DNA of 64,000 bases. Origin: Azolla caroliniana. Lineage: Eukaryota; Plantae; Polypodiophyta. A program made the translations under genes and the position numbers. The notes beneath the pieces are model-generated. The model searched no databases. It was not told where the DNA came from and saw only the letters and a program-made list of their open reading frames with translations. The DNA lies in assembly GCA_043228905.1 (NCBI GenBank), contig JBHGNT010000008.1, positions 11,036,001 to 11,100,000 of the forward strand, given 5' to 3'. Position 1 is the stretch's first letter. Every line of letters starts with the position of its first letter. Below, one piece after another: positions 46,801 to 60,210 of this stretch.

Positions 46801-49528
46801 TCGACAAGAAGGTATTCCGGAGTTGAGATATTATCTTCATGGAGGACAAGACGCTCACCAACTGAGAGTCGGAGAAGAAGATAATGAACTCCGAGTCGAC
46901 TGGGAAGGATCGACTCTACGATGAGCAGACCCAACCGGCGAGAGACCGGTTAGCACTCGAGGAACCAGCCGGTTATGGTGAGGATACCGAACCGGCAGAA
47001 GAAGAAGTAGAGGAAGCTGAGACCGGAACCGGCCAAGACCCCTAATCAGATTCGGATGAAGAGCAAATGGAGGAGCCGGTTACCGAAGCCCGAAGACGTA
47101 GATATCCTCTCAGAGAGAGGAGGGCGCCCCAGAGATTTCCGGATGCTGAGCATGTTCTGCTGACCGATGAGGGGGAGCCGGAAAGCTTCGAAGAAGCGAA
47201 GGAAGACACCCACAGCCGAAAATGGTTAAGTGCCATGCAGATTGAGATGGATTCCCTGCATGAAAACCATACGTACGAATTGGTGGAGCTGCCAAAAGGA
47301 AAGCGGGCACTCCGAAACAAGTGGGTGTACATGTTGAAACCGGGAGATGCCGGCAACCCCCCGAGATACAAAGCCAAGATCGTGGTGAAGGGGTTCCCGC
47401 AGAAGAAGGGCGTGGACTTCGACGAGATATTTGCCCCGGTAGTAAAGATGACCTCCATCCGGACGGTGCTGAGTATAGTAGCAAGCATGGACCTCGAGGT
47501 AGAGCAGCTAGACGTGAAGATGGCATTCCTTCACGGCGACCTCGAAGAGGAGATCTACATGAAGCAACCGGAAGGATTTGTCGAGAAAGGGAAGGAGCAC
47601 CTGGTATGCCGGTTGAAGAAGAGCCTGTACGGACTGAAGTAGGCTCCCCGGCAATGGTACCGGAAATTCGACTCCTTCATGACCGATCAAGGGTACCACA
47701 AGACGCAGGCCGATCACTGCGTGTTTGTGAAGAAGTTCGAAGGAGGGGACTTCTGATACTCCTCCTGTACGTGGATGACATGTTGATCGTCGGACGAGAC
47801 CAAGTAAAAATACGGATGCTGAAGAAGGCTCTCAACCGGACCTTCTCAATGAAAGACTTGGGTCCGGCAAGACAGATGCTGGGGATGCACATCATTCGGA
47901 ACCGGTCAGCAAAGCAATTATGGCTGTCACAGGAGAAGTATGTGACAAAGGTGCTTCACCGGTTCAACATGTCAAAAGCGAAGCCGGTAGGATCAACACT
48001 TCCGGCAAACTGCAAGCTATCCGGCAAGCAAAGCCCGAAGACGAAGGCAGAGAAGGCGGAAATGATGAAGATCCCATATGCCTCTGCCATCGGGAGCTTG
48101 ATGTACGCAATGGTGTGTACCCGACCGGATATAGGATACGCAGTCGAGGTGGTGAGCCGGTTCATGAGTAATCTCGGCAAGGAGCACTGGAACGCAGTCA
48201 AATGGATACTCCGGTATTTGAAGGGCACTTCAAATATGTGTCTCCGATTCGGCTCCGGAAAACCTCAACTGGACGGTTTCACCGATTCGGACATGTCAGC
48301 TGATGTGGATACCAGCCGGTCTACATCCGGGTATGTGATGACATATGCAGGGGGAGCTGTTTCGTGGCAGTCGAGGCTGCAGAAGACGGTTGCATTGTCA
48401 ACCACAGAGGCGGAGTACATGGCGGCTGTGGAAGCCGGCAAGGAAATTTTATGGATGAAGGACTTCATCGAAGAGCTCGGTATATGACAAGAGGAATACC
48501 GACTCTATTGCGACAGTCAAAGTGCTATCCACCTTGCTAAGAATGCGGCCTACCATTCCCGGACAAAGCATATCCAGTGGAGGTATCACTGGATCTGGGA
48601 AAGAGTAGATGATCAGGAGTTCGCATTGACAAAGATCCACACGGCCGAGAACGGGTCAGATATGCTGACCAAAGTGCTGACACCCGACAAGCTGGATGCA
48701 TGCCGGAAGAGAATCGGACTGGTAAGACACCCCATGCTGGAGTGAAGGGGGAGTTTGTTGGGAGACAGGTCCCTCCGGATGGGAAGGAAGAAGAAGAAAC
48801 GGTCTGAGGAGTACCCGGCTACGGAGAGCCGGATGATACAGACCCGGTGAGGACCGGATGAGGAGTACCCGGCTACGGAGAGCCGGATGATGCAGTCCCT
48901 GTGAAGACCGGATGAGGAGTACCCGGCTACGGAGAGCCGGATGATACAGTCCCGGTGAAGACCGGATGAGGAGTACTCGGCTACGGAAAGCCGGATGATA
49001 CAGGTCCGGTATGAACCGGATGAGGAGTACCCGGCTACAGAGAGCCGGATGGTGCAAAACCGGTGAGAACCGGAGGAAGAGACATATTCATAAATATGTT
49101 TCTGAGAGCCCATCGAGGATATATTTGTAAATAGCCGAAAAGTCATATTAGTATAAATATGACTTAGGGCAAACTTTTAGTTGTTGTTGTCATTCTTCCT
49201 TGTTGGTGCAAGAAGAAGAGAGAGCACGTAATAGTGTACAGAGAGAGAGAGAGAGAAAGAGGTCGTTGCCTCTGTTGTAACCGCCGCGTGTGGCGAAGAT
49301 CTGTGAGCACGAGGTCGTTGCCTTAGTGAACTCACTGTTGTACATTCTAACATAGTGATAGTTTGCAGCCTGTTGGCTGCCGTGGTTTTTCCCTCTTTGG
49401 GTTTTTCACGTAAACCTCTTGTGTATCTTCCTCTCCTTTGTGTCGTGTTTTATTTCCCGTTTTCTGTGTATCATTCTACGCTCAGTTGTGGCCGAGGGTC
49501 GCGCATAAGGAACGTCGGGTTCCTGTCA
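43864..49528 (+). mobile_element. Full-length Ty1/copia element F (same family as E, defective)
   Basis: LTRs 43864-44669 and 48756-49528 (33-bp deletion in the 3' LTR); TSD AATTG; mutated PBS TGATATCAGAGC at 44672; PPT before 48756; about five 54-bp repeats per LTR. Confidence 0.96.
44700..48745 (+). pseudogene. Copia F gag-pol with several stops and a frameshift
   Basis: ORFs 45099-46301, 46302-46826, 47067-47642 and 47321-48487 are collinear with E. Confidence 0.92.
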
Positions 49529-49847
49529 AATTGGTTTGTTTTACATGTCGAGTCAATTGCGCAAGAGTTGTTTAGGGTCATTTACAACCGTTGCCCATTT
49601 ACAATAATCCAAGATTGACGGTCTATTGCAACCACATTAATTATGACATTATATGATGTCCAACATTTATCAATCACTATCGCATTTGGTGTCACCATGG
49701 GAATCCTTGCAAATATGACTTCAAGTAAGTTTCTAATGCGACTTGCTCATGGTTTGACCCCTTATCAGAACTACAACACATGTACCATAACAAGATCCCA
49801 ATTCCCATGGCGTTGGGGACAACAACTACATATAATGCCAACACGAA

Positions 49848-50449
49848 GGTTTAGGCTTAGCCGGTTTGGCCTGATCCAAGCCAAACCGGTTAAGCCTAAA
49901 CCGGTTTAGGGGTTCTCAAACCTGAACCAAACCGATCCCTAAATCGGTTTAGGCTAAACCGGCTTAGCCTAAACCAGTTTGTGAACCAGTTTGGTAAACG
50001 GCTTATAAACTGGTTTGGAAACCTCCCTCTCTCTCTCACGTTTGTGTAGTTCTCCCTCACCCTCTCTCTCTCTCTCTCTCTCCCCCCCCCCACCTCCCTC
50101 CCTCCCACTCTCTCTCACATTTGTGTGGTCTCTCTCTCTCTTCCATTGTCTATTGTTTCCCTCCATCACTTTCTGTGTGTGTCTCTCTCTCCCACTATCT
50201 ATTGTCTCCCTCCCTCACTTTCTCTGTGTGTGTGTGTGTCTCTCTCTCTCTAAAGTTTCTAAATGGCTTAACGGTTTCTAAATAGCTTAACCAGTTTGAG
50301 CCAGTTTGGCAAGGCTCAAGCCAAGCCGAACCGAGCTCAAACTATTTAGTCAAGCTCAAACTTGAGCCGAGCCGAGTTGAGCTGTTAAGCCGCTTTAAAC
50401 TGGTTTAGCTTAACGGTTTAGGCTTGAGTTGAGCCGTTGTTGATTCCTA
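49848..50449. mobile_element. Non-autonomous DNA-transposon end (hAT-like) with AACCG/CGGTT subterminal repeats around a CT microsatellite
   Basis: Dense AAACCG/GAGCCG motifs in both orientations. The right end reads TAGGAATCAACAACGG on the minus strand. No left TIR or TSD found. Confidence 0.5.
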
Positions 50450-51065
50450 GCTGGATCCATAGAGATGCGTTTCGAGGAGATGACAGTCTAAAAATTCCAC
50501 CTGGTTGCACTCGAAACTAAATTTTTCCAGTTTTGCATAAAGACAATGTTCTCGAAGTTGTTTTAGTACTAATAGTACATGAGATTCATGCTCTTCTTGG
50601 GTCTTCGAATAAACCAGTAGATCATCCAAATAGATGATCAAACAAACATCTAAGAGATCTCGGAATATATCATTTGCCATGTGTTGAAAGACTATTGGCA
50701 CATTAGTGAGACCGAAGGGCATGACCATATACTCGAAGTGTCCATATTTGGTGCGAAACGTGGTCTTCCATTCATCTCCTGGCCAAATCCATACGAGGTT
50801 ATATGCTCCTCATAAGTCGATTTTTGTGAAGAACCTTGCACCATTGATTTGTTCTACAAGACTTGAGATAAGGGGGAGTGCGTACCTATTCTTGATGGTG
50901 ACCTTATTCAACCCACGGTAATCTACAACGAGACAAAGTGATCCATCCTTTTTCTTGACAAAGAAAATGGGAGCGCCGGCTGGAGATTTCGAATGTCAAA
51001 TGAAACCGTTTTCCAAATTCTCCTCTATATAAGCTCGAAGGACTTCTAGCTCGGTTGGTGACAAG
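50450..51065 (-). pseudogene. RT fragment of a chromovirus-like (Tcn1-type) gypsy element I
   Basis: MPFGLTN...IIYLDDLLVYS in ORF 50447-50728; upstream [15 protein letters not shown]. Confidence 0.85.
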
Positions 51066-51500
51066 TGTTATCCCTAGGGGCCAGACAATGCCCTAACACA
51101 GACTGCCCCTTTGAGACACTTCACCAAAGGGGTGTTGCGGTGAGATAAACTTAGACCGAACTATTAATAAAATCCTAATTGGTTACTAATCGGCAAGATC
51201 ATTAGTCACAATACATGCGTAAGATGAATTACACTTAGCACAGAACGGTAATTAACACTGATTAAGATACAAAACAAAATCATTCTATTAATTATCCGCT
51301 AATGATTACAATATAACCGGGCCCTTTTATAGGTCCCCGGTTCTAAGTACCACCTGGTTCCAACTGGCAACCGGCTACGAACCGGTCCGGATTCAGATCA
51401 ATATACCGATTCCGGTCCGTCCATTTGCTTCTCAAAATATCGTTCTGAATATTATAGATAATCAACTCCCTTTCCCATTCTGGACTTTGCCGCCAACACA

Positions 51501-51517
51501 TGGCACACCTGTAGGAC
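51501..51517 (+). promoter_or_regulatory. Inverted PBS-like site at the PPT position of H
   Basis: LTR-ca-TGGCACACCTGTAGGAC; homologous to 14536-14552. Confidence 0.7.
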
Positions 51518-51673
51518 AATACCTTGTACGTCGAATCCCATGGTTTTCCCTTTACTCTTCTTCCAAAATGTCCAGAATGCTTTGGTCCAGGGGTTCTAAA
51601 GGCTCCTCGGGTAACTGCTCCATCGTCGGTTGCTGCTCTTGCTCCCGCTCCTACTGCTCTTGCTACTGCTCCT

Positions 51674-51950
51674 ATGGTTGCTCCGGTTCCATTGGTTTCT
51701 TTGGCCTCTCTGGTTCCACTGGTCTCTCCGGTTCTAGTTCTATTGGTTTGGGCTCCTCCTACTAATGGTTGCTCCGGTTCCATTGGTTTCTCTGGCCTCT
51801 CCGGTTCCACTGGTCTCTCCGGTTCTAGTTCTATTGGTTTGGGCTCCTCCTACTAATGGTTGCTCCGGTTCCATTGGTTTCTCTAGCCTCTCCGGTTCCA
51901 CTAGTCTCTCCGGTTCTAGTTCTATTGGTTTGGGCTCCTCCTACTAATGG
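51674..51950. repeat. 91-bp tandem repeat x3 in the ORF2 tail of H
   Basis: ATGGTT recurs at 51674, 51765, 51856 and 51947. Confidence 0.9.
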
Positions 51951-54900
51951 TTTCCCGTGTGCAAGTTTCCATTTTTTGGCTGCTCCCTCGGAGTTATGTT
52001 TGGCTAGCTTCCCTCAGCTTCGGCTTCATTCGGTGCCTGCTCCGAAGATTGCTCCTCATCACTGATATTGATCGCCGCAATTCGTCTGACCACTTCTTGT
52101 CGTCGATGTTCTCATTCATACCGCTCGAGTTGGAGTTGGGTATCCAACTGGTCGTCGTCCAGTTGTTCCACCAATCGCCTCACTGCCGCCAATTGGTCCC
52201 CGGCTAATGATAGGAAGTTGTCCGACAATTCCTCCCTTATGGCTTCAATGTTTTCTTCCTCGAGTTTATAGAAATTGTCATCGTCCTTCTGCTGGGTCTC
52301 TGCATCCGCTCTCAGAAATTGTAACTCCACTACCTGCTTAGCCCATTGAGACCACCATTGAACCAAACTTTCTTACACTAGTCACTGCGTCCAATCTCTC
52401 CATGTCCGCACCAGATCACGGATTCGCCCCAGCCCCATCTTTGAGTTGTTCTCCGCGACCAGTTTTTCGTCCTTCAATTGTTTGATCAGGTTTGTTGTTG
52501 TCGCTTCCTGGCTTCTGTAGTGCATGAGCTGGGTCGAATAGGTCGTCTAAACTTTGTTCAAACCCATTGTAGCACACTCCGTTGCCTCTAAGTGGTGTCG
52601 GGTTAGCTCTACCCGTTCTTTCGCCGCTTCCGCCAGTTTTTCGCTGCTTCAGCCCCCTTCTATTGTTCTTCTACCAAGGCTGCCACAGTCTGGTTAACCT
52701 CATCCCGAAGTTCCCGTAACTTCTCCTGTTGCCGGTCACTTTCGGTGATCAATTTCTTGTGTTCCACATCCAAGTGCTTGTGATCCCGGTGCAACCGATC
52801 AAAGTCCTCCGTTTTCTGTTTCAGTCGTTGGTTGATCAGACGGCGAGCACGGTCTTCCCAGTCTTTTTGTTGCCGGAGTTCTTCCTTGAGTCACTCGATC
52901 TCTACTTCCGCAGAGTGCCGGAGTTTGTCCTTTTCCTGTAGGAGTTTTTCTTTGTCTTCCTTCAGCTGGTCATATGCTTGATGACCTTTTCTCAAGATTT
53001 CCTCTGCTCGGGGGAGGCTGTCGGCCGTCTTCCTTTGTTCCTCCTCCACAACTTTTTTCAATTCTCGCTCCCTGGCTCGTAAGGCTTCTTGTGTTGCTAG
53101 GTCTTCCCATAATGTGGCGAGCTCTTGTGCTGGCGTTTTATTAGTAATCGGGCCTGCTTTAGTCACTGGGGTCTTATTGTTCTATAAAGTTACCGGAGCC
53201 ACCAGTTCCGATTGTTGTGGTCCTTCGATGACCAACTTGGCCATTTGTGTTCTGGCCTTCTCTATGTCTTGCTCCATGTTCTGGATTCTTTACCGGGCCG
53301 TCTCTAATTCCTCAGTTGTGGCTAGCAACTGGTCTTCATGCGCTCTCTCTTCCGCTTCTAACTGGCAGATGACCCCAACCACTTGTTCTGCTATCCATCG
53401 TAGCCATTGATTGTTGGTGCCTTGTTGTCGTGCCGGTTCTAGTCGTGGGATGGCTTCTTCACTGGCCATGAGCCTATTATGGATGGTTACGTCAAGCGGC
53501 CGTTGCGGTTCTGGTTGTTGCTGCTGCGGCGATGACACGGGCAATTCAATGACCGGTTCTTGATACACCGGTACTACCATGTCCTGGACCGTTGACTCTG
53601 CTATGTCTTGCCACACCAATTCCTTTGTCACCGATTCTTGTTGAACTAGTTCTGACACCTTCCTTGGATGCGGCTCCTCAGGGAGGGGTTCTAGTATAAT
53701 GTCCTCCATCGGACTTGATTTCTCCCCTTTGTGGCCCTTGTCACTTGTCTATCGGTAGGCTCGTCTTCTTGCTCTTCTTCCTCTAGGGTCTTGCTATTGA
53801 TTAACACCGCCAAGTGGTCATGCCCCTGTGGTTTGTCCGGTTGCTGTTCTGCTTGTTGTTCCATCTGGCGCAACTTGATTTTCAAAGGTCTCACCGGGGT
53901 ATCCACCGATGCCTCCTCTACCGGCCGCTTCCGATTAGGACACTCCTTCACCTTTTGTGAAGTGTCGGCCTCCTTCCAGCCTATCGCTTGGGTAGCCAGG
54001 AGTTGTTGTCGTTTTGAAGCTGTTTTGGGGGTCGATTCTATCGGTCTTCCCAACTTCCTTTGTTTCATGGGCTCCACCAACCGTGCTAACAGAGTAAGCC
54101 ATTGCACCACCGTTGTCCACATCTTTTTGCCATCTTTTATTGAGACGATGGCAGTACTCAGGCCGTCGGCGATGATTACCGGCCAATCCACTTGTACTCC
54201 CTCGTAGGTGGCTATGATCAAACCGGCTCTATTCCTGGGCATAGCCAGTGGTTGGGGGTATACATGACCATACTCGTGGAGTACCCAAGCAATTTCCCAA
54301 AACAATAGGTCTTCGCCGCCTTGCGTGCGGTACGCCTTGCTGCCCAGGGAGTATTCTCCGAAATACATCATCAACAAATCTTGTGAAGGGTTGTCGATTG
54401 AGTATATTCCCCCTTCTAGTAGCACGGTCATGGGATCGATGACTTCCTCTGTGATGACCTCTGTGTCGATGTCTTTGACGACATTTTCCCCATCTCCGTG
54501 CGGCGGTGTTTCGATTATCCTCAAGAATCCCTCCAGGTTGTGTTGCTTAAGCCATTTCTTGGCCGCTTCTGAGAGTACCATGCATTTCATGTCATCGTCG
54601 GAGTTGGTAGGTTGTGGTAGGATTAGTGCGCCTGTGTGTTCTGCTTGCTCTCGCCTAATCTCTCGTAATCGCCTGTGTGTGCTGAGAACTTTGTGTTCGT
54701 GAAATGAAAGGGACTCTATGCAGCGGAGGTTTTCTTTCTCCATGCGTGGCGCCTTTTCTCGATTCCCGCACATGCATGTCTTTACTAATATAGCAGTCGG
54801 TTGACACGTAGTGCGTTTTTAAAGAGGCTTTAATTAGCCACCCACCACACCTTTTCAAAGTGCCTGTTCGCTCCTTGCCTATGCATGATGACTTTTCTTT

Positions 54901-57900
54901 TTTTCTTTTTTTTTTTCTTTTCTTCTTTGACGATCTTTCGTAGGACATTCTGGAGCGTTTTGTTTGTGGATTCGGCCAGTCCATTGGCCTGTGGATAATA
55001 AGGGGTAATGCGCTTGTGTACCCATGCATAGAATGTTGTTAAGCTCTCCACTACTTGACCGAGAAAATGTCTGCCTTGGTTGCTAATAAACTCGATCGGG
55101 CATCCATATCGGCACCAGATGTAGTCATATAAGAACTTTGTCGTTGATGTCGTAGTGTTGTCCCGCAAAGCCTTGACTTCTACCCACTTGGTTCAATAAT
55201 CTGTGGCGACTATAACATATCTGTTGCCGGTTCAAACGACCCAACAAAGTCCAGCCCCCATTTCTAAAATGGCTCTAAGGGTAGCACCAACTGGTGAGGC
55301 ATCCTTGCTTGTTCTGTTGGTTGGCCCATCCGTTGACATAAATCACAGTCTTTTGCGTACCATACCGAGTCCTTCAGTGTCGTCAGCCACCACATCCCGT
55401 TGTGCCATATCTTTCTTGCCGTAGCGTCCCAGGCATAGTGCCCTCCGGCAACACCGCAGTGCGCTTCTCGTAATATTGCGTCCTTTTCATCGCTTTGCAC
55501 TGCTCACCGCCATATGCCATCCGCGCCTTTGTGGTACAGGGTGTCTTGTAGTAGACAAAAATGTCGGCTTTGTACCGCTAACCGCTTCCGCTCATCCCGG
55601 TTCATCTCCTCCGGTGGTAGTCCTGTGCTTAGGAATTGATGCATGTTGGTTAGCCACTTGTCTTCATCGACTACCATGCTATCTATTGTCGTTGTTACTT
55701 TAAACAACTCGGCATCCAGAAATTCATTCGGGACTCCATCACCAATCTCGCCGTAGTCTAACCGGCTCAGATAATCAGCAACCGCATGCTATATTCCCGG
55801 CCGGTGATATAGTTCGAACTCAAACTCTTGTAGCAACAATGTCCATCAGGCCAACTTACCAGTGAGCGATGCCTTTGAGACCAAATATAATAGCGCTAAG
55901 TGGTCGACATGAAATTAAAATTTCCTTCCCAATAAATAGTGCTTGAACTTGGTAACACTGTAAATCATCCCTAATGCTTCTCTTTCGGTTGTTGAATAAT
56001 TTCGTTCTGCCTGGGATCGCATCCGGCTGACATAATAAACCGGTCGGTACCATTTCGGTTCAGTCAGTTGCATTACTGCATTGCCGATTGCTATGTCGGA
56101 CACATCGACGAACACGTGGAACTCTTTTGACCAGTCTGGTGGTTGCATCACCAGTGCTTGTGATAACATTACTTTCATTGCCCGGAAAGCCTTATCCCCC
56201 GTATTTGTCCATTGAAATGGTGTCTGGTGAACCGCGGCATGCAACGGTGTAGCAAGATCGGCCAAATACCGGAGCATCCGGCTATGCCACCGGATTTGCC
56301 CTAGAAACCGACTCAAAGCTTTGGCTATGGATGGTGCCGGTGCTTCTAAGATTTCTTTGACATTATCGGGGTCTACTACGATCCCGTCCTTGCTGATGAT
56401 ATGGCCCAACAATGCACCACTTGTTACTCCGAACACAGTTCGCTGGAATCAGGCTTAACCGATAACTCCTGCATTTCTCAAGACATAGCCGGAGGTGTTG
56501 GAGATGTTGTCCTTCTTGGCTATACACGGGGAAGTCGTCCAGGAATACCTACATGAATGCCAGGATGAACTCGCCAAATATTTCCATGATTATTCGTTGG
56601 AAGGTCGTCGGTGCAGTCTTGAGCCTGAACATCATTACCATTGCGACGAAAACTCCCCATTCGGTGAGGAACACCATCTTGTCTTGGTCGTCAGGGTGCA
56701 TCCTTATTTGATTGTAGCCGCTGAAACCGTCTAGGAAGCTATACACTTCTTGACCGGCTACCGCGTCCAGCACTCCATCCGTAAATGGAAGTGGAAAGGC
56801 ATCGGTCACTATGGCCGCATTGAGTTTCCGGTAGTCTACACACACCCAGATCTTACCGTTCTTTTTCGGCACGACGGCTATGGGACTTAACCATGTAGCT
56901 TTTTTCACTGGTCAGATAAAACTGACCCATAGCAACTTGTCAATTTCCTCTTTGACCTTTTCCGCATAGTTAGGGTTCATCCGGTAACGCCGTTGTAATA
57001 CCGGTTTGGCATCCTTACTGAGATGTATCTAGTGTTGGTACAACTGAGGATCCAGCCCCCATATGTCTTCATAGGACCAGGCGAATACGTCCCAGAATTC
57101 CTTTAATAAAGTGATCGTCGTCGTCTTGTTGTCCGGTGACATTTCCTTAGCAATATGAACCGGTCTTGCGTCATCCCCGGTTCCTAAGTTCACTTCCTCT
57201 AACTGGGATGCTTTCACGCGTTGGGATACCGCCATCTCCCTCTCCAGAGCTTCCTGTGCTTGCCGTAATTCTCTGATAGCTTCCCTATCTAGTTCCTCGC
57301 CGACATCATTCGATTGCATTATAAATGGTGGCATTGCTTCTGCCAGATCGATTTCAAATAGGGGTACAATTTTTGGGTTTTCTTCTAAGTATTGGTTGAT
57401 CTCTTCATCAACAAGCCCCTCGAGCATGTTTACACATTCTGCATATAGCGGTGTCAACTCCTTGCCAGTACTCGATCGAGGGTGGGTAGGTACCCTAACT
57501 TTAGCCTTTCCTCGCCAGAAGGTAATCATGTTTTTCCGCCAATTTTGTTTGATGTGCGCCGTTTTTAACCATGGGCGACCCGGCAACAGTGGGTAAGCCC
57601 CTTGTGCATTGAGCTGGAGGACCACTACCGAAATGCGTGTCCTCCGATAGTTACGTCTAAATCCTGTATCAAACCATAGGTCTTACCAAACTTGTATCCG
57701 CCATCTGGAGCCAAAACGGGCAAGGCTCCCATTCCCGGATTCCAAGGGTATTACAAGTTCGTAGACTAATCACGTTCACGCCCGATCCTCCGTCCACAAT
57801 CGTCCCTGGTATTTCTCGTCCTTTGACAATGGCAGTGATTGCTGGACTGTTCGTGTCAACTACTGTTGGCCCTTCTTCCGGATTTGAGAAGAACGCAAGA

Positions 57901-60210
57901 GTCGGCAAGGGATTTGATGTGGTCATTCCTAATTTCAGCCCTTTCGTAAACCGGGGCACTAGTTGTAATAACCGACCCAATGGTAGCGTAATTTGACATT
58001 CTTGTAATGCTTGCCATGTTGGGTTTTCCGGTTGAATCGTGCTGTTGGCCTCTTCCGGTTTCTTCATTTGTTGTTCAAGCTCAGCCATATTCCGCTCATT
58101 TGCCTTCTTCACCCACTCGGTGGCTTGCTTTCGGATTGCCTCCTGTGTTTCCCACTCCGTAGTTTTACCTTTTGACTTGGTGGTGACTTGTTGTATGTTG
58201 ATGACTTCTGCTACCACCATATTTACTGTTGGTCGTTTCTCGTAACTTTTAACCGGACATTGATTACTGTAATGTCCTTCTTGCTGGCAATAATAGCAGT
58301 ATGCTTTCTGGGTGTTGTTCGATTCGGCGTTCGCTCCGGTACCCAGTTGAGGTCCTATTGGTGGTCGGTTAGGTGCTTGGCCTTGGTCCGGTTGGGTACT
58401 TGGTGTGCCCTTGTCCGGCTACCATTGGTGGTCCTCCTTTCTAGCGTTCTGTTTTTTGTTGAAGTGTTTTTTGTTCCGGTAACCCTATCGGGGCCGGTTT
58501 TCATAATTGCCTTGATCCTCCCTCCGTTGGTTGTAACCAGGGGAGTGATCCCGGTTGTATCGCTCATATCGATCACCGTTGTAATCCTGGTAGCTATCCT
58601 GCCGGTCTCGGTCGTAAGTGTCTCTTCTGTCACTGTACCAGACATTTTACGCCGGTCGATAACGCTCATCTCGCCGCCAACGTTCTTCTTCCTCCTCCTG
58701 GTTACTCCGGGGTTCGATTTGCCTTACCAGTTCCGCTTGTTGGTTCAGCAAGTTATATTCGCATCGGTCCATTGTGTGCGACCTGGAATGGCATAACATG
58801 CACTGTGTCCGCATGGTACATTCTATTGCTGAGTGCCCGGCATTGAGACAAGTCGTACATTGTATATCTTGCCGAAAATGTAGGTCGTCTTCTGTCGGTA
58901 ATGTATGCTAGAGTGCCCCCATTGTTAGACATGAGCTTGTTTTCTCCATCTCCCTGACCCGATCTATGACTTGGTCAATTATGCTGGTGCGGAAATCAAT
59001 CACTGCGCACATCATACGTAGGGGTTCCCAGAGTGCTACTAGGAATATTGCTTTAGCCTCTGCCTCCAGTGGTGCCTGACTTAGTTGGTTGTGCATTTGC
59101 TGGAACCGGATTATGAATTACTGAATGGTTTCCACAGGTTCCTGCCGTATTGTGTGGAATAGGCCGACCATCTCCCGTTGATCCACTTCCTTGTGGAAGA
59201 ACTGTAAAAATTTGGTTTTTAAGTCCTCAAACGTCGTGATGGTGCCAGGAGGTTGCGCCAAGTGCCATCGCGCGACTGGTCCTTCCAAGGTCATACCGAA
59301 CTCTGCAATCTTCGAGCGTTCTGCTTCGGCGGCGGTCAAGTGTTGTGACACATGGTTTGCTTCCCATGTTTGTAGAAATGCATAGACATGAGCTTCCGTG
59401 TCCGGATCATCCCGATACTTGGGATATTGGAACGACATGTCGTCGTTCGGTGTCAGAACACGGGCTGGAGGTCTTTCGATCAACACGAGCTGGTGGTGTC
59501 AAAGGTCTTTCCTCTTCTTTTGGTGTATCACATGGCGATGTCAGAGGTTGATCCGCCGCTTGCCAGTCTGGGGCTTCTAGTTCCGTTAATTCCAGTTCTG
59601 GTGTCAGCCAGGTATCTGACTGCTTGTCCTGCAATCCGTCTGGGGTGTCGTGGCTATTACGGTAATTCAAATGGGAGCTCCATTCGCCGTTCGGATCCAA
59701 TTCAAAGGCCGAGAACAATTCCGAATCACCTTCCCTTGTCGCTAATGCCTGCAGAATGGATTCCGCATCCCGAAGACTGCTCAAGTTGCTTCCTTCATCT
59801 GGGTGGGAATTCTGTTGCACGTGGAGTGACTGCGTGGCCACTCGCCGGATTACTTTGGAAAATGATTGATCCGCACGGATCTCTTCTACCGCCTGTTGGA
59901 AAGCCTCTCGCTTCCGCAATTGTTCGGCAAGTCTTCTTGCTCGCTCCGTAACCGGGTCATTCATTGGTCTAGTCATCCATTCCCGCCGTTGTTTGTTGCG
60001 TTTGTGCAGGAATTGTGGTCGCCAAAAATTGTGTTATCCCTAGGGGCCGGACAATGCCCTAACACAAAGTGTCCCTTTGAGACATTTCACCAAGGGGTGT
60101 TGCAGTGAGATAAACTTAGACCGAACTATTAATAAGACCCTAATTGGTTACTAATCGGCAAGATCATTAGTCACAATACACACGTAAGATGAATTATACT
60201 TAGCACAGAA

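Larger units (their letters stand above)
43208..49847 (-). pseudogene. MULE-like transposase fragment as a 317-bp tandem repeat (about 2.8 units), split by copia F
   Basis: Units start at 43281, 43598 and 49585. Translation STFKTNQF...PNAIVIDK...LLLCQFH...W resembles the MULE DDE domain. Confidence 0.7.
51066..60210 (-). mobile_element. Decayed Ty3/gypsy element H (relative of C) inserted in element I
   Basis: 3' LTR 51066-51498; truncated 5' LTR 60032-60210; PBS TGGCGACCACA at 60014-60024; gag-pol fragments 54930-59976 collinear with C (both begin MTRP); ORF2 fragments about 51550-54773. Confidence 0.92.

Noticed and set aside
49848-50020. Interstitial telomere repeat
   Set aside because: Only scattered GGTTTAGG-like words in both orientations and no (TTTAGGG)n array; better explained as transposon subterminal motifs.
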